Assembly: GCA_963665095.1 (NCBI GenBank)
Contig: OY762069.1
Location: 3,488,001-3,552,000, forward strand
Source: an uncultured Desulfobacter sp.
Lineage (GTDB): Bacteria > Desulfobacterota > Desulfobacteria > Desulfobacterales > Desulfobacteraceae
DNA: 64,000 bases
Direction: 5' to 3'
Part shown: piece by piece, positions 58,581 through 64,000 of the stretch
How the letters are laid out: the number at the start of each line of letters is the position of its first letter
Numbering within the stretch: position 1 is the stretch's first letter
Position numbers and translations under genes: made by a program
Notes under the pieces: generated by a model
The model's input: the letters and a program-made list of their open reading frames with translations, nothing else
The model's database searches: none
What the model was told of the DNA's origin: nothing

Positions 58581-59260
58581 AAGCCGCGGCAAGGCAGATG
58601 CCTTTGAACAGCGGATGGTGGCCGTGGGCCTGTGCCCTGGTGGGCACCCTGGCCTTAAATCTGCTGCTTTTTGCCGCCATTCCCAACCTGATGAAACCCC
58701 ATGAGGAGCTGCCCCAGCTGGGCCCCATGATCCAGCAGATCCAGCTCACCCGGCTGCGCCGGGCAAAAGTTGAACCGGAAAAGAAAAAAGAGCCGCCCCC
58801 GGCAAAGGCCCAGCCCAAAAAGCAGGTGGTTCAGCCCAAAATGAACCGGCAGATCAGCCGGCCCTTGTCCCTGCCCTTTGAGGTAAATCCCCGCCTGCCC
58901 CAGGGAGACACAACCCTGGCCCTGCCGGAGGTGATGTCCAGCTCCCTGGACAACCTCTCCCTTGCCACGGTGTTTAACCCGGGCGATCTGGACCGTCCTC
59001 TGACGGTAATCTCCCGGATTCCACCGGTCTACCCCTTCCGGGCCAAGGCCCGGGCCATTGAAGGATGGGTCTCTGTGGAGTTCACAGTAAATGAACAGGG
59101 CCGGGTGGAGGACATTAAAATTCTTGATGCCGAACCCAAAGAGATTTTTAACGACAGCGTGATCCAGTGTCTTGCCACCTGGCGCTTCAACCCCGGGCGC
59201 ATTAACGGGGAAGTGGTTAAGACCCGGGCCATGACACGAATCCGTTTCCAATTAAATTGA
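58577..59260 (+). CDS. tonB: Energy transducer TonB
   Basis: TM anchor, Pro/Lys linker, PVYP...IEGWVSVEF and WRFNP. Confidence 0.92.
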   Translation: MKAAARQMPLNSGWWPWACALVGTLALNLLLFAAIPNLMKPHEELPQLGPMIQQIQLTRLRRAKVEPEKKKEPPPAKAQPKKQVVQPKMNRQISRPLSLPFEVNPRLPQGDTTLALPEVMSSSLDNLSLATVFNPGDLDRPLTVISRIPPVYPFRAKARAIEGWVSVEFTVNEQGRVEDIKILDAEPKEIFNDSVIQCLATWRFNPGRINGEVVKTRAMTRIRFQLN

Positions 59261-59268
59261 GGTGTTTC

Positions 59269-60600
59269 ATGAATACGCATATAAAAATCCTGCTCGTCGC
59301 TCTGGCCGTTGCCCTGGGGACCATCTCCCCCATGAAAATGGCCCGGGCTGGGGATGACCGGAAGATTCCCGTATCTGTCCAGCGTCTGCTCATTGATATC
59401 AGAAACGCTATGGACAAAAAAGAGTATGCCGCTGCGATAACGCTCATCCAGGCGGACCAGGCAAAATCTAAAAGCAGTGCTCCCTGCAGCCACCCCATTG
59501 TCTGTCTGGCCCTGGGCAACTGCTGCCTGATCCAAAAGGATCTGGACCGGGCGGAAGCGGCCTATCTCACCGCCCTGGAACTGGACAGCAATTATCTGGA
59601 GGCCCAGGTCAATCTGGCCAAAGTTTATACAGACAGCAACCGGCATGAACCGGCGGCACAAGCCTTTCTTGCCGCTTACAAACTGTCGGATCCCAAAATC
59701 CCCGACTACCTGTACTACGCCTGTGTCATGGCGCTCTCCTGCGGAAAGACCCAAACAGCCATCAGCCGGTTTGAAACCCTTTTTTCCGCCCATCCGGACT
59801 GTGTTACCCGGCAGTGGCGGGAAAACTATGCCGGCGCCCTTGTGACTGCCCAGCAGTGGAAAAAGGCGGTTCCTGTAGTCCGGGCACTGGCGGATGAGAC
59901 CACCGGAGAAACAAAAATCAGGTGGCAGGAGACCCTGCTGCAAATCTACCTGACCCTTAATGACACAGACAAGGCCCTGGCTCTGGCCACAACCCTGTCC
60001 AGGCAGAACCCGGCCGAAGCCCGGTGGTGGAAGGGGCTGGTCCACATCCGTCTGAACCGGGGTGAGTATACCCAGGCCCTGGAGGATCTGATTATCTACG
60101 GATTTCTATCTCCTTTGACCCAACAGGAAAAAAAGCTGTTTGCAGATTTGAGCCTGCAGCTGAACCTGCCGGCCCGGGCCGCCCGCATGTATGAAACCAT
60201 GCTGGGGGAAACCAATGAAACAGGAGAATCCGTGAACCGGAAAAAGCAGATGGTGGACCGGCTGGTCACTGCCTACCGGCAGATGGGCCAGGGAGACAAG
60301 GCACTGGCCATGCTCAACCGGTTTGACCCCGGGGCCTGCAATCCCGAACTGCTGCTGCTGAAAGGGGATATATTGTACGAAACCAAAAATTATAAGGCAG
60401 CTGACGAGGCATTCAGGGCAGCTGCCAAAAACAACTGTTCTAAAAAGGGACAGGCCTGGCTCATGGCCGGGTATGCGGCCTGGCAGTACAACGATATTGT
60501 TGCCAGCCGTGATGCGTTTGAACAGGCTGCGCAATTTAAGCGGCAGCGTAAAGATGCGCTGGCTGCCATTGCGCAGCTGAAAAGAAACACCCAAATGTAG
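59269..60600 (+). CDS. Exported TPR protein of the TonB2-type locus
   Basis: Signal peptide, helical TPR-like repeats, position after tonB. Confidence 0.8.
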   Translation: MNTHIKILLVALAVALGTISPMKMARAGDDRKIPVSVQRLLIDIRNAMDKKEYAAAITLIQADQAKSKSSAPCSHPIVCLALGNCCLIQKDLDRAEAAYLTALELDSNYLEAQVNLAKVYTDSNRHEPAAQAFLAAYKLSDPKIPDYLYYACVMALSCGKTQTAISRFETLFSAHPDCVTRQWRENYAGALVTAQQWKKAVPVVRALADETTGETKIRWQETLLQIYLTLNDTDKALALATTLSRQNPAEARWWKGLVHIRLNRGEYTQALEDLIIYGFLSPLTQQEKKLFADLSLQLNLPARAARMYETMLGETNETGESVNRKKQMVDRLVTAYRQMGQGDKALAMLNRFDPGACNPELLLLKGDILYETKNYKAADEAFRAAAKNNCSKKGQAWLMAGYAAWQYNDIVASRDAFEQAAQFKRQRKDALAAIAQLKRNTQM

Positions 60601-60726
60601 TGTTTGGGTGGATACTTACCCATCTGCGGCGTTGCTGCACAAATCTGAAAGCCTCACGTACTTAAGTACGCTTAAGGTTTCAGCTTTGCTTGCGCCTTGC
60701 ATATGGGCAAGTCTCCACCCAAACAC
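60598..60726 (+). repeat. ERIC-like palindromic miniature element
   Basis: GTGTTTGGGTGGA...TCCACCCAAACAC termini; central CGTACTTAAGTACG. Confidence 0.85.
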
Positions 60727-60900
60727 AGAGCATGCCTGGATATTTGGTTAAATAGATTTTTCCTATTTTCAGGTGGAAAGCCGTATATCCGGGAGGATGT
60801 TGGGTAAATCGAATTATTAAACCTGCTGCCTGATAGCGGTAGCGATGCCCGGCGGTAGGCCGGAAAAACTAAGAAAAGAGAAAAAGGAAGGAGAATTTAG

Positions 60901-63054
60901 ATGAAGCACTTGCTGAGAGGCTGCACTTTTGCAGCGACCCTGATGTTGTTCCTTTTTTGTATGAGCCCTTTGCAGGCGGATGAAAAAAAGGCCGATACAG
61001 ACGAGAATAATGGAAAAGTTCAGAAAATTGAAGAGATGGTGGTGGAAGACGAGGCCCGGGCTCCCGGCATTAAAACCACCCCGACACAAACCATCATTGA
61101 AATTGAAGACTCCACTTTTATCGGTGATCCCATCAATGTCCTGGACACGATCAAAACCAATGCCATGGTGGATTTCAGGGGCGCGTCAGACCTGGATCCC
61201 GGTGTGGACAGCGTCTACCTGAACGGGTTTGGTTCCACACGGTTTGTCACAGCCATGGACGGGGTTGCCATCCAGAAAACCGGCGGCCGGAAATCAACCA
61301 ACGTTGTGGACTGGGCCCAGCTGCCCTCTTTTATGCTGGAGTCTGTTGAAATTCTTCCCGGCCCGCATTCCGCCCTGTACGATGCCAAAAGTATAGGCGG
61401 TGTGATTAACATGCGGACCAAGGCGCCGGAAGAGAAACAGACAGAAGTACCGGAACTCACCTACACCACCGGATACCGTTCATATAACACCTTTACCAAT
61501 ACGGCTGTCATTCAGGGCGGATCCCAGAAATTCACCTACGACATTGCCTACCAGAATTATATGACAGACGGATATCTGCGCAACAATGAGACTGAGACCA
61601 ATACCGGGTATGGACGCATAGGCCTGATTCTGCCCGGGGACGGGTATGTCACATTTTCCGTATCTGTGTCAAACATTGACAGAAATTCTCCAGTGAACAA
61701 TCCCGGATCCACAAAGACCGGCGGAAACGACTATGACTCCGACTATCCCACGGTAACGGACAGCACCTGGGATGCCTGGCAGGAACCCACATGGAACAGT
61801 GATGCCACAACCCACCGTCTCAACTATGCCCAGACCATAGGAATCAACCGGATCACCTTTGGGGCCTATACCGGCCATGAAACCCGGGACCGGGCCTATT
61901 GGAGCCTGGTGGACAGTTCTGATCCGTCCCAGGGTATTACCCGGACCACCATGGAAACAGACTGGTGGCAGCGGGGCGGCAAACTTATGGACGAAATCAA
62001 GTGGTCCGCTGGAGAAACAACTATCGGGGCTGATTTCACCCAGCTGTTTGACGAAGGCGTGGATGATACCAAAACCGAAAGAATCCGTAAAAGAGGCGCC
62101 TTTGTACAACACAAGCTGGACATTATTCCCCATATTGATATGACCCTGGGGCTGCGGTACGAAGATGTCACCAACCGGACCAGTAACTATTCCAACGGCA
62201 ATTACCACAATTCATATTACGACAAGTATGTGGAACGTAATTTTGACGAAATTATCCCCAAATCACTGACCACCTGGCACATGGAGCATTTAGGCTCCCT
62301 CTTCCGGGATACCAGTCTTTCTGCCGGTATCAGCAAAATCTGGCATGCGCCGGATTATCACGGTGACTACAATCCCCAGGGCCGGCCCGCCGGTATCACC
62401 CTGGAGCCGGAACATGGCGTGGGGTATGACCTGATCCTGAACCGCCGCCTGTGGGGCAACATCAATCTGAAAGCAGGCTATGCATTTTATGATATCAAAG
62501 ACTACATCGCCACCAACAGCAGTTATGCCCAGTATTCGGGTGGCAGCACCGGAGCTCTGAGATACAGTGATTATAAAGTCAACCTGGAAGAGGTCTACCG
62601 CCACGGCACCACTCTGGAACTGGCCGGCAACATGACCACGGATCTTTCCTTTTACCTGAGCTGGGCCTGGCAGAAGTTCGAAAACCAGGGGGATGAACCT
62701 GCCGGTGAGACTGAACTGGACCAGCGGGCAGAGAATCAGATCGGGGCGGGCCTGCGCTATGCCATCAACGAGAAACTCAGCCTGATGCTGGATTACACCT
62801 ACCAGAGTGATGAGACCACCGAGGTCTCCGAAGAGATTGCCGACGATGTCTGGGAATTCCATGAGGTTGAAATACCCGCCCACCACGTGGTGGACTTTGG
62901 TGTTCAGTACAAATGCTTTGAAAAAGCCTGGTATCTGAAAGACGGTACACTGAATGTATATGTAAAAAACCTGCTGGATGAAGACTACTATGACGCTTCC
63001 GGATACCCGGCCACAGACCGGACCTACGGATTTACCTTCAGTGTAAGAATTTAA
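60901..63054 (+). CDS. TonB-dependent receptor
   Basis: Signal peptide, TonB box EEMVV, plug VEILPGPHSALY..GGVIN and C-terminal VKNLLDEDY. Confidence 0.93.
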   Translation: MKHLLRGCTFAATLMLFLFCMSPLQADEKKADTDENNGKVQKIEEMVVEDEARAPGIKTTPTQTIIEIEDSTFIGDPINVLDTIKTNAMVDFRGASDLDPGVDSVYLNGFGSTRFVTAMDGVAIQKTGGRKSTNVVDWAQLPSFMLESVEILPGPHSALYDAKSIGGVINMRTKAPEEKQTEVPELTYTTGYRSYNTFTNTAVIQGGSQKFTYDIAYQNYMTDGYLRNNETETNTGYGRIGLILPGDGYVTFSVSVSNIDRNSPVNNPGSTKTGGNDYDSDYPTVTDSTWDAWQEPTWNSDATTHRLNYAQTIGINRITFGAYTGHETRDRAYWSLVDSSDPSQGITRTTMETDWWQRGGKLMDEIKWSAGETTIGADFTQLFDEGVDDTKTERIRKRGAFVQHKLDIIPHIDMTLGLRYEDVTNRTSNYSNGNYHNSYYDKYVERNFDEIIPKSLTTWHMEHLGSLFRDTSLSAGISKIWHAPDYHGDYNPQGRPAGITLEPEHGVGYDLILNRRLWGNINLKAGYAFYDIKDYIATNSSYAQYSGGSTGALRYSDYKVNLEEVYRHGTTLELAGNMTTDLSFYLSWAWQKFENQGDEPAGETELDQRAENQIGAGLRYAINEKLSLMLDYTYQSDETTEVSEEIADDVWEFHEVEIPAHHVVDFGVQYKCFEKAWYLKDGTLNVYVKNLLDEDYYDASGYPATDRTYGFTFSVRI

Positions 63055-63070
63055 CTATAGGATATTTTTT

Positions 63071-63985
63071 ATGGAAACGCATACAGCTTCCCCGACCTTC
63101 TGGGAAGACCAGTGGCTGGATATCATTGAACACACCCGGGCGGAACATCCCCACAAGCATGATCCGGCCGGGAAACCCGCCATGGAGAGATGGGACAACA
63201 TGGCCCGGGATTTTGCCCAGAGAACCAGCGGTGAAAAAGCAGCAGCCCGTCGGGATGTCACCCTGAAGCAACTGGTGGACAAAGGGATACTGACCCCTGA
63301 GACCCGAATCCTGGACATTGGGGCAGGCCCGGGTTCCTGGGCCCTGCCCCTGGCCGGCATCTGTGCCCATGTCACGGCCCTTGAACCCTCCGGCGGCATG
63401 ATCGAGATCATGTCCCAGCGGATTGAGAAGGAAAAGGCCGACAACATCACCATTATCCAGAAAACCTGGCAGGAGACGGATCTTTCCGAACAGGGGTGGG
63501 AAAAGGCATTTGACCTGGTCTTTGCCTCCATGACCCCCGGCATTGACGGTCCCGAAGCCATCAGGAAACTGATGGCCGCCTCCTGTCATCACTGCTATAT
63601 GAGCGCATTTTCCGGTCCCGGCATGAATCAGCAGTTTGCACCGCTGTGGGAAAAATTCTTTGACCGGCCCATGCCGCAACGGCACATGGATATTATCTAT
63701 CCGTTCAACCTGGTTTACGCCATGGGGTATCGCCCGGATATCACCTTTTCCTGGTGGAACAAAGAGATCAACTGGGACAGGGATCATACCATCCGCCACA
63801 TCACCCGGTTTTTCCAGCCGCACATGGAGATCACTGAAGCGGCAGAAAAAATCATTGCCGACTATGTGGACACCCGGTGTATTGACGGAGAATATGTGCC
63901 GGCGGCTCCGGTCTGCAGAGGCGCCATGACCTGGTCCATCCTTGAAGACCGCAGGACCATACAGGGAGGCGGGAATGGCATATAG
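63071..63985 (+). CDS. Class I SAM-dependent methyltransferase
   Basis: ILDIGAGPG, ALEPSGGM and FDLVFASM. Confidence 0.88.
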   Translation: METHTASPTFWEDQWLDIIEHTRAEHPHKHDPAGKPAMERWDNMARDFAQRTSGEKAAARRDVTLKQLVDKGILTPETRILDIGAGPGSWALPLAGICAHVTALEPSGGMIEIMSQRIEKEKADNITIIQKTWQETDLSEQGWEKAFDLVFASMTPGIDGPEAIRKLMAASCHHCYMSAFSGPGMNQQFAPLWEKFFDRPMPQRHMDIIYPFNLVYAMGYRPDITFSWWNKEINWDRDHTIRHITRFFQPHMEITEAAEKIIADYVDTRCIDGEYVPAAPVCRGAMTWSILEDRRTIQGGGNGI

Positions 63986-64000
63986 TCAAACCACATTTAG
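63975..64000 (+). CDS. Start of the next operon gene (truncated by the window)
   Basis: GGAGG RBS then ATG overlapping the methyltransferase end. Confidence 0.4.

Noticed and set aside
60780..60870. Cobalamin riboswitch before the TonB receptor
   Set aside because: Only a generic hairpin is visible; no B12-box consensus.
1..64000. CRISPR arrays, tRNA or rRNA genes
   Set aside because: None recognised; the repeats are dispersed palindromes, not spaced direct repeats.

Overview
Window from an anaerobic sulfate-reducer-type bacterium. Gene content suggests Desulfobacteraceae/Desulfobacter, which is an inference. In order it carries a corrinoid methyltransferase pair, a RAD55/KaiC-XRE-cupin regulator and a periplasmic [NiFeSe] hydrogenase (hysBA with in-frame UGA/Sec, plus protease). 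It continues with hypC-F-D-E, two vapBC modules and a decayed island (25.2-30.6 kb) of collapsed gene fragments. The right half holds ercA/ercS-like genes, gap, a vor-type 2-oxoacid oxidoreductase operon, an intact IS4-family element and a TonB2-type uptake locus. The standout is a compact seven-gene operon at 30.86-39.54 kb that mixes parts of three metalloenzyme systems: aspA, hydF, a degenerate [NiFe]-hydrogenase large subunit, a HydE-like radical SAM enzyme with a CxCxDxxC motif, and nitrogenase-like NifH/D/K homologues with altered cluster ligands. No hydG, hydA or cognate small subunit is present in the window. Two families of non-coding palindromic repeats and a shared leader-terminator motif are also present. 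All assignments come from motif recognition by eye; no searches were run.
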